Below are positions 47,701 to 57,969 of a stretch of 64,000 nt of DNA, one piece after another. A model generated the notes under the pieces. That model was not told the DNA's origin, did not search any database, and was given only the letters and a program-made list of their open reading frames with translations. Both the position numbers and the translations under genes were made by a program. The DNA is from Alloprevotella sp. GTDB taxonomy: Bacteria > Bacteroidota > Bacteroidia > Bacteroidales > Bacteroidaceae. Where the stretch lies: NCBI GenBank assembly GCA_052272595.1, contig DAVZJV010000001.1:1616-65615 (forward strand), written 5' to 3'. Positions within the stretch are counted from its first letter, which is position 1. Every line of letters begins with the position of its first letter.

Positions 47701-50700
47701 GATGCTCGATCCCTTCATCAAGGCCCGCGAGGCCGGTACCACGGCACCAAGCGGCAACCTTTATTTCAACCTCGGCGAAGTCAGCGAAGACATTCTCAAA
47801 GACGGCAAGAAGTTCTACGAGAGCGGCCTGCCAGTCGACGATGATCCGGCACAATATACCGAGACCATCTGGGGACGCGTACCCGTACAGTCCTCCGTGA
47901 CCTACGCCTTCAACACGGCAAGCGGATCGCGTAGCAAGCAGGACGTGGGATTCAACGGCTTGACCTCTGAACAGGAGAAGGCTTATCCCGCCTACGCAGC
48001 ATTTCTTTCGGCCATCCAGTCACGCGTTCGCAGCACGGTCTACGACAGCATCGCCGCCAACCCTTCTGCCGACCGCTACCACTACTACCGCGGCAGCGAC
48101 TACGATCGCGAGCAACGCAGCATCCTCGACCGCTACAAATACATCAACAACCCTAATGGCAACTCGGTCGATGCCGACAACTCGCCAGAGTCGTATAGTA
48201 CGGCTTATAAAACGACCCCCGACGTTGAGGACATCAACCAGGACTTCACGCTCAACGAGTACGAGAAGTACTACCAATACCGCGTGCGAATCAGCGAAGA
48301 CGCCCTCAACGTGGGGCAGAACTACATCGTTGACAAGCGCGTGGCCAGCGTCAAGACGCGCGACGGCGTGACGAAGGACTACACGTGGTATCAGTTCCGC
48401 ATCCCCGTAGATCAGTGGGAACAGCGCGTAGGCGGCATTAGTGACTTCTCCTCGATCCGCTTCATGCGCCTCTTCATGACGGGCTTCGACAAGCCCGTCG
48501 TGCTCCGCATGGCCACACTCAACCTCGTGCACGGCGAATGGCGCAGTTATGAGCAGGCGCTCTATCAGGGCAAGGCACCCGAAGCCAGCGGCACGCTCGA
48601 GGTCGGTGCGGTGAACTTTGAGGAGAACAATGAGAAGACGCCCGTCAACTACATCCTCCCCCCAGGCATCAGCCGCGTGGTGGATCCTGGTCAAACGCAG
48701 ATCCTCCAGAATAACGAACAGGCGCTTTCCATTACGGTCAAGGGCCTAGCCTCCGGCGACGCTCGAGCAGTCTATAAAAACACCAGTTTGGACTTGCGCC
48801 GCTACAAACACATCCAGATGTTTGCCCACGCCAACTCACTGCAGGAAGCCACGGCAGTGGGCGACGGTCAGACCTCTATCTTCATCCGCCTCGGTTCGGA
48901 CAACAAGAGCAACTTCTACGAGTATGAGATTCCCCTCAAGGTGACGCCCGAGGGACATTATGCCGACAATAACTCCAACGCACGCATCGTGTGGCCGGAG
49001 GACAACATGCTCGACATCAGCCTCAGTCGCCTCACCGACGTCAAGCGCAACCGCAACCGCCAGAAGGCGCTGGGCCTCGCTTCTTATGCACAACTCTACC
49101 AGGAGTATGACCCAGACCGTCCGGCTAACCGCGTGAGCGTCATGGGTAATCCGTCACTCGGCGAGGTGCGCACCATCATGATCGGCGTACGCAACAACTC
49201 CCGCGAGGTACAAAGCGTCGAAGTATGGGCCAATGAACTCCGCCTCCAGCAGTTCAGCAACAAGGGCGGTTGGGCCGCGCAGTCACAGCTCAATATCCAG
49301 CTCTCTGACTTCGCCTCGGTCGACCTCACCGGACACATCGAAAAGGAAGGCTTCGGCGGTCTCGAGGAGACAGTGAGCCAGCGTCGTGACGACAACCTCT
49401 ACGAGTATTCCGTCACGACCAACGTACAGTTGGGCAAGCTTCTGCCTGAGAAGGCCAAGTTCAATGCTCCGCTCTACTATTCGCGTTCACGTCAGCGCAC
49501 CTCACCGCGCTACAATCCGCTTGACACCGACATGGAACTCTCCGAAGCCCTTGACGCCCTGCCCACCAAGGCTGCGAAGGACTCGCTGCGTAATATCGCC
49601 GAGAAAGTTATAACCAACAACAACTTCTCCCTCTCAGGCGTACGCTTCAACATAGCTACCAAGCGGAGCCCCATGCCCTATGATCCCGCAAACTTCACCT
49701 TCGGCTACGCCTACTCTTCGAGGAATACGACTGGAGAGACAACCGCTTGGGAGAAGGACCAGAACTGGAAATACTCCTTCAACTATAACTGGGCACCCAA
49801 CCTCAAGCCCTACGAACCCTTCGCAAAGAAAAAGACGAAGTCAAAGTGGTTTAAGATCCTTAAGGATCAAAGCTTCAACTTCCTACCTCAGAACATTGGC
49901 TTCAACTCCGACATCAATCGCTCTTACTACGAGTTGCAGGAGCGCGATATGGAGAACCTTGACAACACTTCCCTGCCTCTGACTTGGTCGAGCGATTTCC
50001 TGTGGAACCGCTCCTTCCAGCTCCGATGGGATCTCACGAAGAGCATCCACGCCAACTTCTCCTCAGGCACCAACGCCGAGATCGAACAGCCCTATACGGC
50101 CGTCAACAAGGATCTCTACCCCGACCGATACGCGGCCTGGAAAGACTCTGTATGGCACAGCATCAAGCAGCTGGGCCGCCCGCTGACCTATCAGCAGAAT
50201 TTCGACTTCTCCTGGAAGCTGCCGCTCAACAAGCTACCGCTTTTCGATTGGGTGACGCTCGACGCAGCCTATAACGCTACCTACAACTGGGCACGCGGGG
50301 CTGACTACACCGATCGCACGAACTTCGGCAACACCATCAGCAATTCGCGCTCCATAACGGGCAATGGCCGCCTTAACTTAGAGACACTCTACAACCACTC
50401 GAAGTTCCTCAAGGAAGTAAACCGTAAATACTCCCAGACACCACGCGCAAAGAGCAAGGAAGACGAGACCAAGAAACGCTTTGAGAAGGAAGTAACTCTC
50501 AAAGCCGACACTACGCAGACACTAGTGCACAACCAGCACACACGCAATGTCCGCGTCACAGCCCTGCGCACCGATGGCAAGCGCTACCCGCTGCGCTTCA
50601 AGGTCATCGATGCCAACAAGATCGAGATTCTGAGCCGCGACACGGCGCGCATCAAGATTGCCATCGTTCCCCGCAAGCGTAAGGAAGATCAGCAGTGGTT

Positions 50701-52165
50701 TAAGTTCGCACAGGCTGGCACGCGATTCCTCATGATGCTCCGCAGCGTCAGCGTCAACTATACCAATAAGTACAACCTCAACCTCCCCTGCTTCCTGCCC
50801 GATGTGGGTGACGTTTTCGGTCAGCGTAAGGGTGGCGGAGGCATGGCGCCGGGCCTTGATTTCGCCTTTGGCTTTACAGGAGAAGATTACATCCGCCGAG
50901 CCGTAGACCGCGGCTGGCTCCTCATGACCGACAGCGTCATCACCCCTGCAACGACCAACCTCAACGAAAGTCTCCAGCTACGTGCCACACTGGAGCCGCT
51001 GCGCGACGTTAAGATAGATCTTACCGCTTCACGCAATACGACGACCAACCGCAGCATTCAGTATATGTTTGACGGCATGCCCACCATCGAGACCGGATCG
51101 TTCACCATGACAACGATCTCCATCGGCTCAGCCTTTGAGAAACTCGGTTCGCCCGACAAGGGCTATAAGAGCAAGTCGTTCTCAAAGTTTGTCAGCAGCC
51201 TCGAGAGCTATCGCACACGCGTTGAGGCTCTTTACAAAGATGCGACCTACCCCGCAGGCACCGCCCTTGCAGGCCAACCCTTTAATGCCGATAACGGTAC
51301 GGTGAGTCCCTATGCCCCTGAAGTGATGATCCCCGCCTTTCTCAATGCCTACACGGCAAGCGGTAGCGGGCTCGACCTTTTCCCCTCGCTGCTCAAGATG
51401 CTGCCTAACTGGAGCATCACCTATGGCGGTCTGTCGAAGCTTCCCAAGATGAAGAAGGTATTCAAGAGCTTTAACCTCAACCACGCCTATAAGAGCGTCT
51501 ACTCGGTGGGCTCATACAACACCTTCACCGACTTCATGGCCTACATGGGTTCCTTTGGCTTTGTCACCGACGTCACGTCTGGCAATCCCGTGCCGAGCGG
51601 CATGTACGACGTCTCCACGGTGAGCCTCAACGAGAGCTTCTCCCCCCTGCTGGGCGTCGACATGACCTTCCTCAACAACCTCACGGCCAAGCTCGAGATG
51701 CGCAAGACCCGCGTGCTCACCCTCTCGATGACCTCTCAGCAACTCACCGAAACACGCTCCAACGACTGGGTGATCGGCCTGGGTTATAAGATTGCCGATC
51801 TCAACCTCTTCGCCCCCAAGAAAAGCATCCGCTCCAAGGGCCGGAAGGGCAAAAGCGGCGACAACAACAAGCAGCAGACGACCACGGCCAACCGCGGCTT
51901 TGCCAACGATCTCAACCTGCGTCTGGACTTCACCTTCCGCAACCAAAGTGCCCTCAACCGCGACATTCTTACGCAGCTTTCACAAGCTACGAGCGGCAAT
52001 AAGGCCGTGCAGGTATCCTTCTCTGCAGACTATGCTCTGAGTCGCTTCCTTACGCTCACGGCTTATTACGACCGACAGATGAACAAGCCGCTGCTCACCG
52101 CCTCGTCCTACCCTGTGACAACACAAGACTTCGGAGTAAGCCTCAAATTCATACTAAATCGGTAA
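44711..52165 (+). CDS. sprA: T9SS outer-membrane translocon SprA (Sov)
   Basis: 2484-aa ORF with an N-terminal signal-like segment (KTFISCLLTTLIGVVTYA). The giant beta-barrel-type composition and its position right after ruvA both fit SprA/Sov. The only start that preserves the signal segment is a TTG at 44711. Confidence 0.88.
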   Translation: MNKRYVKTFISCLLTTLIGVVTYASGSGKPWALTVPAALRHTFTPETEAAPSTANDMHKVAVTTLPPDTLPAVKPTVITTLADTAHGTVDLKDPDNLKTEAEYDDKDGSYYYGTKLGDQWLGTPFTFSWKEYQQMEERKARAAYYRAKNAADYKAKGKEKFDFTDMHFDLGPLNKVFGPGGVRIKTQGSAELKIGANTRFTDNPSLSERNRKVFGFDFDEKINLSLNGKVGDKVNMDFNYNSEATFDFDTQNLKLRYEGKEDEIIKLVEVGNISMPTRSSLVRGATSLFGVRTDMQFGKLKLSTVLSQKKSASSSVKSEGGVQLTNYEFSADAYDENRHFFLSHYFRDRYDDNMRQLPTIASGITINKIEVWITNKTGATTDTRNIVGLTDLGEYSHISNSHWTPLSDEQPSNASNTLYAALSANAAGRDISSVSPTLEGMDMTGGVDFEKLESARKLNSSEYTLNASLGYISLKQTLQTDQVLAVAYQYTYRGQTYQVGEFSSDRKDNKEVLYVKTLKNTACTPQMGNWDLMMKNVYSLGATSVQKDKFKLEIKYLSDTTGVYLSYLPEPGIKNKKILALVGLDRLNNNNKVGSNGAFDYVEGYTIDPSSGRVFFPMVEPFGKGLAKAIGSNAVAEKYVFQELYDSTRTVARQIAERNKFIITGAYKASRNDEIQLGAMNVPRGSVVVTAGGQTLTEGSDYTVDYNSGIVRILNKSILDAGTAVNVSLESNTDYGMQRKTMFGLGWEYDFSKDFQIGGTFMHLGEKPLTTKVAMGQEPLNNTLWGLDISWKKQSQRLTDWLDKLPLLSLSAPSSINFSAEFAQLIAGKSQGAQGNASYIDDFENSKSLIDISNPKEWQLSSTPSMFAESKLSNDVRYGYNRALLAWYYIDPLFTRRSSSLTPGHIKGDLKQLSDPDVREVYKSELFPNKSVNMQEANTLNVLNLAFYPNERGPYNLDPSLDTDGHLLNPTSRWGGMMRKLETSDFETSNIEYIEFWMLDPFIKAREAGTTAPSGNLYFNLGEVSEDILKDGKKFYESGLPVDDDPAQYTETIWGRVPVQSSVTYAFNTASGSRSKQDVGFNGLTSEQEKAYPAYAAFLSAIQSRVRSTVYDSIAANPSADRYHYYRGSDYDREQRSILDRYKYINNPNGNSVDADNSPESYSTAYKTTPDVEDINQDFTLNEYEKYYQYRVRISEDALNVGQNYIVDKRVASVKTRDGVTKDYTWYQFRIPVDQWEQRVGGISDFSSIRFMRLFMTGFDKPVVLRMATLNLVHGEWRSYEQALYQGKAPEASGTLEVGAVNFEENNEKTPVNYILPPGISRVVDPGQTQILQNNEQALSITVKGLASGDARAVYKNTSLDLRRYKHIQMFAHANSLQEATAVGDGQTSIFIRLGSDNKSNFYEYEIPLKVTPEGHYADNNSNARIVWPEDNMLDISLSRLTDVKRNRNRQKALGLASYAQLYQEYDPDRPANRVSVMGNPSLGEVRTIMIGVRNNSREVQSVEVWANELRLQQFSNKGGWAAQSQLNIQLSDFASVDLTGHIEKEGFGGLEETVSQRRDDNLYEYSVTTNVQLGKLLPEKAKFNAPLYYSRSRQRTSPRYNPLDTDMELSEALDALPTKAAKDSLRNIAEKVITNNNFSLSGVRFNIATKRSPMPYDPANFTFGYAYSSRNTTGETTAWEKDQNWKYSFNYNWAPNLKPYEPFAKKKTKSKWFKILKDQSFNFLPQNIGFNSDINRSYYELQERDMENLDNTSLPLTWSSDFLWNRSFQLRWDLTKSIHANFSSGTNAEIEQPYTAVNKDLYPDRYAAWKDSVWHSIKQLGRPLTYQQNFDFSWKLPLNKLPLFDWVTLDAAYNATYNWARGADYTDRTNFGNTISNSRSITGNGRLNLETLYNHSKFLKEVNRKYSQTPRAKSKEDETKKRFEKEVTLKADTTQTLVHNQHTRNVRVTALRTDGKRYPLRFKVIDANKIEILSRDTARIKIAIVPRKRKEDQQWFKFAQAGTRFLMMLRSVSVNYTNKYNLNLPCFLPDVGDVFGQRKGGGGMAPGLDFAFGFTGEDYIRRAVDRGWLLMTDSVITPATTNLNESLQLRATLEPLRDVKIDLTASRNTTTNRSIQYMFDGMPTIETGSFTMTTISIGSAFEKLGSPDKGYKSKSFSKFVSSLESYRTRVEALYKDATYPAGTALAGQPFNADNGTVSPYAPEVMIPAFLNAYTASGSGLDLFPSLLKMLPNWSITYGGLSKLPKMKKVFKSFNLNHAYKSVYSVGSYNTFTDFMAYMGSFGFVTDVTSGNPVPSGMYDVSTVSLNESFSPLLGVDMTFLNNLTAKLEMRKTRVLTLSMTSQQLTETRSNDWVIGLGYKIADLNLFAPKKSIRSKGRKGKSGDNNKQQTTTANRGFANDLNLRLDFTFRNQSALNRDILTQLSQATSGNKAVQVSFSADYALSRFLTLTAYYDRQMNKPLLTASSYPVTTQDFGVSLKFILNR

Positions 52166-52224
52166 CTTCGCCGTTATATTATGTCAGGCACTCGCCTCAT
52201 GCGCAAGATGCCTCTCACCATGCA

Positions 52225-52788
52225 ATGAAGATATTCCGCCTCTCTCCGACAGGAGCTCCTGCCTGCCTGCCCGATACCGCCCTGCTCATTAAGCAACGTC
52301 CGTTCTTCGTGCCCGACTTCACACAGCACTGCCAAGCAGAAGTATGCATCGCCCTGCGCATCGAACGTCTGGGGCGCAGCATCGCGGGGGAGTTTGCCCG
52401 ACGTTACTATGATCCCAGTGCCCTGACGTTGGCTGTCACCTTTACCGCCGTCGACCTTATCGAACAGCTACGCACCAAAGGCCAGCCTTGCGATACAGCC
52501 ATGGGTTTTGACAATGCCGTAGCCTACGCCGAGGGCACTCCGGCCGTTGCCCCCGGCTCTGAGGTCAGAGCGAACCTTGACGCGCACCAACAGCGCCTTA
52601 CCGTGCCCGACTGCATACTCTCTACACTAGACGCACAGCTCTCTTTCGTAAGTTACTACTACACGCTTCGCCAAGGAGACTTGCTACTCTACCCGCTGAG
52701 CGACCAACCGCTGGGCGAAGTACACATAGACCAGACACTGACACTCTCGGTGAGTGAAGAGACGGCCTATCGTTTCCATATCAAATAG
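52225..52788 (+). CDS. short fumarylacetoacetate-hydrolase (FAH)-family-like protein
   Basis: 187 aa. The segment KQRPFFVPDF...RIERLGRSIAGEFARRYYD...GFDNAV resembles the short FAH-family proteins of Bacteroidota. Assignment is by motif memory only. Confidence 0.5.
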   Translation: MKIFRLSPTGAPACLPDTALLIKQRPFFVPDFTQHCQAEVCIALRIERLGRSIAGEFARRYYDPSALTLAVTFTAVDLIEQLRTKGQPCDTAMGFDNAVAYAEGTPAVAPGSEVRANLDAHQQRLTVPDCILSTLDAQLSFVSYYYTLRQGDLLLYPLSDQPLGEVHIDQTLTLSVSEETAYRFHIK

Positions 52789-52941
52789 CCCAATCGTTGC
52801 TACTGACCAACTTTGCCTGACTATGGGCCTTCTCAACACAACGCCAGACACAGCATACACATCGCTCAGCCCATCAGGCTGGAGGCAAGCATATACCAAC
52901 AGAACTTATCGGTCCCCCCTTCTCACACTGACAATACAATA

Positions 52942-55900
52942 ATGAACTTACGCCATACTCTCACAGCCTTTGCCTTAACGATCGCTGCACTCACCACGGC
53001 TCACGCAGAAGTGCAGCCTCGCTCACAGCGCTTCACACTCGGACGGCTCGCTCCGACAGATACGGTCGAGGTCTATATGGAATATCCCGAACTACGCCGA
53101 CTCACCCGCTCTGAGGCTGCCGAACTACGCCGTCAGGGATTTACGGCCACCGAAGATGTACACTATGACGTAACGCTCAGCACAGCCCGCGGCAAGCGCG
53201 TGGCCGACGTAAACTTCATCCCGGTAGTCAGCCGTGACGGCCGTTGGTATGCCATTGAGCACTATGACCTCAAAATACGCGTTGTCGGTCCCCGTCTCTC
53301 CGCTGCTGTCCGAAGCATCATGGTCAATATCGACAAAGCGCAAAGCAGGGCTCGTTATGCCTCCCACTCCGTGCTTGCCACAGGTCGTTGGGTCAAGATC
53401 CGCGTAAAGGATGAAGGTATCTACCAGCTCACCACGGCAGAGCTCAGCAAGATGGGCTTCAAAGATCCATCGCGCGTCAAGCTCTACGGCTACGGCGGGC
53501 GTCTCCTACCCGAATCCTTCAGCTTCAGTGGCAAGGACGGGCTTATCGATGATCTCTGCGAAGTGCCCCTCTACCGACGTGACGGTTCGCTACTCTTCTT
53601 CGCAGAAGGCTTGGTGCGCTACAGCAATACGGGCTTCCAGCGCAACACGTTCTCATCCTATAGCTATTACTTCCTAACCGAGGGCGACTCCCCCCTCTCC
53701 TTCCCCACGCTCGACGAGCCCTCCGAGGCCAGCACCGACATTAGCAAAGTCAAGGCCTATGCCATTAACGACAACGACCAGTTCGTATGGTACGGCGGCG
53801 GGCGTGACTTCTACAACAACACGGAGACGCGCGGCGGAGCAACCTTTAAGCTCGATCTCCCCGGCCACGTCAGCGGCACAGAGACAGTCTACTATGACGT
53901 CTCGGCACAGACCTCGGTCGGTAGTTCGACGATGAACCTCACCTCAGCAAGCAGCACTTCAGGCAGTGTCAACATCTCAAAGACCATCACTAAGACAGGT
54001 GAAGGCGAGACGGCACGCGGCTACCGCGGCTCCTTCAGTGCGGCACTGGGCGAAACGGCACAATATACGATCAACACCTCACGCTCGGGACGCCTCAATT
54101 ATCTATACTGCGCTTATACGCAGACGCTCTCCGCTACCAAAACGCAACATGCCTTCAGCACTTCAACGGTCGGATCCGTCAACCTCCACATCGCCGGCGC
54201 ATCCGCAGGAACGCGGGTATGGCGACTCGCCGATGGTGCAGACAACGTTGCCCAGGTAGCCGGGACACTGAACGGAACGACCTATACTGCACGAGCCACT
54301 GACGGCACCTCACGCTTCGCCATTGTCGATGTGACGGCCGCCTATCCGACTCCCGAAACGGTCGGCGAAATTGCGCACCAAGATCTCCATGCCGATAGCG
54401 CCTACGACTACATCATCATCATCCCGGCCTCGGGCAAGCTTCAGGCCCAAGCCGAGCGCTTGGCCGAAGCCCACAAGGCACAAAGCGGCTTACGCGTGAA
54501 GATTGTCCGCGCCGATCAGCTCTACAACGAGTTCTCCTCAGGCACACCTGACGCCACGGCCTATCGGCGTTACATCAAAATGCTCTACGACCGCGCTCTG
54601 ACAGACGCCGATGCACCGCGTTATCTGCTTCTCATGGGAGATTGCACCTACGACAACCGCATGATCACCTCAGAGATGAAGGGGGCAAGTCTCGATGACT
54701 ACCTCCTCGCCTATGAGCGCAATGATCAGGAAACCTACCTCAACATGGGCTACTCCATCGGCACGCTCCACAGCTATGTTACCGACGATTACTACGGACT
54801 GCTCGACGATGGAGAAGGCAACTCCATTGCCCGTGATAAGATAGACCTTGGCATCGGTCGATTCCTGTGCCACACGGAGGAGGATGCAAAATGGCTTGTG
54901 GATAATACGATCGACTATCTCCAGGGCAAGCACTGCGGCAGCTGGCAAAACAAAATATGGGCCATCGCCGATGTGGGTGACAACAACCTCCATATGCAGG
55001 ATGCGCAAGCTGTTATCAAAAGCCTTGAGGCCGTTACCCCCACCGGAGTCGGCGTGCGCCGCATCTTCCCTGACGCCTACACCCGCTCACAAGAGGCAAA
55101 GGGAGCGACTTATCCCGCGGCGACAAAGAAGCTCAAGCAAGCCATGCAGCAAGGCGCGCTTATTTTCAATTACAACGGCCACGGCTCTCCCGACCGCCTC
55201 TCCCACAACTTCTTGCTTGACAAGGCCGACACGAAAGGAGTAATCAGCTCGGCACGCCCCATATGGATCTTCGCCTCGTGCGAAATCACACCCTATGATC
55301 AGGCTATCGAGGACCTTGGGCGCAATGCACTCTTCGCCGCTAATGGCCCGGCCATCGCCGTTGTCTGCGCGGCCCGCTCGGTCTACTCCAACTACAACCG
55401 CTCACTCAACCAAGGTTTTGTGAAATACGCCTTCAGTCGTGACAGCTTGGGCCGCCGTTATACTTTCGGCGACGCCATGCGCCTGACTAAGGAAGAACTC
55501 CTCACCAGTAGCTCCAACACCATCGGCACCGACCCGACAATCAACAAGCTCAAGTATGTGCTTCTCGGCGACCCCGCCCTCACGCTGCGTTACCCCGACG
55601 CCGGTGTCACGATCGATAGCATCAACGGCCGCGCCGTCACCGATGTTTCGCTCGAAACGCTCCCCGTCGGCGGTGTAGTAAGCTTCTCGGGCTATGTCAA
55701 CGCTGACGCTAAAGCAGGCAGTGCTGACAAGAGCTTCCAAGGATCTCTTACGGGTCTGGTTATGTCGCCGAAGGAGACCATCACCTGCAAGGGCTATGGA
55801 AGCTCCAGCGCCCTGACCTATACCGACTATACCAAGACTATATACGAAGGTAGCGTCACGGTAAAGGACGGCCGCTTCAAGATGAAGTTCATGGTGCCGC

Positions 55901-56676
55901 GCGGAGTTAAGCTCAGCACGGACCGTGCACTGCTCGATCTCTACGCCGTGCGCACCGACTCTACCAGCCAACTTTGCGGCATGTCAACAGCCTTCTGCAT
56001 AAACGGATCTGCACAGACAACTGAGTTAGACACGTTAGGTCCCTCTGTTAAGCTCTACATTGGCTCACCTGACTTCCCCTCAGGCGGCCGTGTTACGCAG
56101 GGCTCTACACTCTATGCCGCCATTGCCGACAGCTCTTCCGTTTCCATTGTATCGGGCAATCTCGGTCACGACATGGAACTGTGGTTTGACAAAGATCCCT
56201 CTACAATGGTCAGCGTCAATGACTACTTTGCCTTCAATTACGATTCCTACCATGAGGGACTGCTGACCTATCCCCTCCCGACGCTCACCAAGGGTCGTCA
56301 CCGGTTGACACTCCGCGTCTGGGATGTATTCGACAACTCCTCAACCGCATCGCTCGACTTCGAGGTAACCAACGACAAGACAGACGGATTCGAGGTAACG
56401 GCTGTGCCGACCATCACCGCCGGCAGTCCTACAGACTTCATCACCACCTTCACCCAAACTTATGATACAGACCGGCAGGTGACGACCGAAGTCTATGACC
56501 TGGCCGGCATGCGCATTTGGCATGGCGAGTCCACGCTCCATGCAGGCAGCCGCTACGTGACCATCAACTGGAACGGACGCAGCTACGGGGGCGCCCCACT
56601 CACCCGCGGCGTCTATCTCTACCGCAGCAGCGCCGGCGGTGACCACACACCCACGAAGAAGGTCGTCGTGCGCTGA
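52942..56676 (+). CDS. porU: T9SS C-terminal signal peptidase/sortase PorU (peptidase C25 family)
   Basis: Start at MNLRHTLTAFALTIAALTTAHA (52942). Gingipain-like C25 region (IFNYNGHGSPD, IWIFASCE with catalytic His/Cys contexts). Its own CTD-like C-terminus (GVYLYRSSAGGDHTPTKKVVV). Lies directly upstream of porV. Confidence 0.88.
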   Translation: MNLRHTLTAFALTIAALTTAHAEVQPRSQRFTLGRLAPTDTVEVYMEYPELRRLTRSEAAELRRQGFTATEDVHYDVTLSTARGKRVADVNFIPVVSRDGRWYAIEHYDLKIRVVGPRLSAAVRSIMVNIDKAQSRARYASHSVLATGRWVKIRVKDEGIYQLTTAELSKMGFKDPSRVKLYGYGGRLLPESFSFSGKDGLIDDLCEVPLYRRDGSLLFFAEGLVRYSNTGFQRNTFSSYSYYFLTEGDSPLSFPTLDEPSEASTDISKVKAYAINDNDQFVWYGGGRDFYNNTETRGGATFKLDLPGHVSGTETVYYDVSAQTSVGSSTMNLTSASSTSGSVNISKTITKTGEGETARGYRGSFSAALGETAQYTINTSRSGRLNYLYCAYTQTLSATKTQHAFSTSTVGSVNLHIAGASAGTRVWRLADGADNVAQVAGTLNGTTYTARATDGTSRFAIVDVTAAYPTPETVGEIAHQDLHADSAYDYIIIIPASGKLQAQAERLAEAHKAQSGLRVKIVRADQLYNEFSSGTPDATAYRRYIKMLYDRALTDADAPRYLLLMGDCTYDNRMITSEMKGASLDDYLLAYERNDQETYLNMGYSIGTLHSYVTDDYYGLLDDGEGNSIARDKIDLGIGRFLCHTEEDAKWLVDNTIDYLQGKHCGSWQNKIWAIADVGDNNLHMQDAQAVIKSLEAVTPTGVGVRRIFPDAYTRSQEAKGATYPAATKKLKQAMQQGALIFNYNGHGSPDRLSHNFLLDKADTKGVISSARPIWIFASCEITPYDQAIEDLGRNALFAANGPAIAVVCAARSVYSNYNRSLNQGFVKYAFSRDSLGRRYTFGDAMRLTKEELLTSSSNTIGTDPTINKLKYVLLGDPALTLRYPDAGVTIDSINGRAVTDVSLETLPVGGVVSFSGYVNADAKAGSADKSFQGSLTGLVMSPKETITCKGYGSSSALTYTDYTKTIYEGSVTVKDGRFKMKFMVPRGVKLSTDRALLDLYAVRTDSTSQLCGMSTAFCINGSAQTTELDTLGPSVKLYIGSPDFPSGGRVTQGSTLYAAIADSSSVSIVSGNLGHDMELWFDKDPSTMVSVNDYFAFNYDSYHEGLLTYPLPTLTKGRHRLTLRVWDVFDNSSTASLDFEVTNDKTDGFEVTAVPTITAGSPTDFITTFTQTYDTDRQVTTEVYDLAGMRIWHGESTLHAGSRYVTINWNGRSYGGAPLTRGVYLYRSSAGGDHTPTKKVVVR

Positions 56677-56808
56677 CCCTCCCCTTTAAACGGCAGCAAC
56701 TGTCAACGGTCCGTATACAATATTGACGGAGTTCATCCGTTTTAATAATCAAGGCAGACATTCTTCCCTATCAATGTCTGGCCAGCACAGCTCTATTACA
56801 ACAGCTCA

Positions 56809-57969
56809 TTGATGAATAAGCCTCTCATACTCACGCTCGCGCTCACCGCTGCGAGCACCGCCGTCAAGGCTAAGGACGAAGTGCGTGACCAGTTCAACCC
56901 GGTCCGCACCGCAGTCGTGAGCCAGACCATCGCCCCCGACGCCCGCGCCGGCGGTCTGGGCGATATAGGTGCCGCAACAGACCCTGATGTCCATTCGCAA
57001 TACTGGAACCCCGCCAAATATCCCTTCACCATCTCGCGCGCAGGTTTCGCCATCAACTACACCCCCTGGCTCCGCAAGCTCACCACCGGCATCGCCCTGC
57101 TCGATGCCGCGGGCTACGTACGTCTGGGCGACTATCAGGCACTGAGCGCCTCGCTGCGCTACTTCACGCTGGGCGAGGTGCAGGGTGGAGACATCACCGT
57201 CAAGCCTTATGAGATGAGTGTCGATCTAGCTTACTCACGCATGCTGAGCGAGCGTTTCTCAGCCTCCGTCGCCCTGCGATACATTTACTCCGACATTACC
57301 GGGCACTATGATGACAACACGACGGCCGGCTCGGCCTTCGCCGCCGACATCGCCATGTACTGGACCAACTACGTCATGATGGGCCAACGTGAATGTCAAT
57401 TGGCTTGGGGTATCAACATCAGCAACATCGGTTCCAAGATCTCCTACGGCGACGACCGCTCCTATTTCATCCCCACCAACCTCCGCCTCGGTCTGAGCTA
57501 CCTCATCCCCCTCAACGAGTACAACAAGATCGGCTTCTCGGCCGATGCCAACAAACTCCTCGTACCCTCCATGCCTCTCCAAGGAGCCGACGAGACGGAC
57601 AATGACTACCAGGATCGCCTCGACAAGGAGTATTACAATAAGTCCTCCATCGGGGGTATCTTCACCTCCTTCGGCGACAACGAGCGCGGCTTCAAGGGCG
57701 AGATGCAGGAGATCACGTGGGGCGTCGGTATGGAATACACCTACAACGACAAGTTCGTCCTCCGCGGCGGCTACCACCATGAGAGCAAGTGGCAGGGCAA
57801 TCGCTGCTACGCCACGGTGGGTGCCGGCTTCCGCATGAACGTGCTGGCCATCGACGCCGGCTATGTCATCGCCACCCAACCCTCCAACCCATTGGACCAA
57901 ACCCTTCGCGTAAGCCTTTCATTTGACATTGACGGCATCCGCGACTTAATCGGCAGAAGGAGAAGATGA
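56809..57969 (+). CDS. porV: T9SS outer-membrane shuttle protein PorV (LptO)
   Basis: 386 aa with a signal peptide. Contains the conserved SQTIAPDARAGGLGDIGAATDPDVHSQYWNPAKYPF segment and a FadL-like beta-barrel composition. Confidence 0.9.
   Translation: MMNKPLILTLALTAASTAVKAKDEVRDQFNPVRTAVVSQTIAPDARAGGLGDIGAATDPDVHSQYWNPAKYPFTISRAGFAINYTPWLRKLTTGIALLDAAGYVRLGDYQALSASLRYFTLGEVQGGDITVKPYEMSVDLAYSRMLSERFSASVALRYIYSDITGHYDDNTTAGSAFAADIAMYWTNYVMMGQRECQLAWGINISNIGSKISYGDDRSYFIPTNLRLGLSYLIPLNEYNKIGFSADANKLLVPSMPLQGADETDNDYQDRLDKEYYNKSSIGGIFTSFGDNERGFKGEMQEITWGVGMEYTYNDKFVLRGGYHHESKWQGNRCYATVGAGFRMNVLAIDAGYVIATQPSNPLDQTLRVSLSFDIDGIRDLIGRRRR

Noticed and set aside
52813-52941. N-terminal extensions offered by the ORF track for porU, and similarly for htrA 12057, CCA enzyme 15498, panD 16510, panC 17279, pdxJ 24575, dxs-like 39046, pyrF 39121, mlaF 43080, feoAB 34397 and OmpA 40379
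   Set aside because: In each case a downstream Met gives the canonical family N-terminus or signal peptide. The extension overlaps a neighbouring gene, terminator or promoter box.
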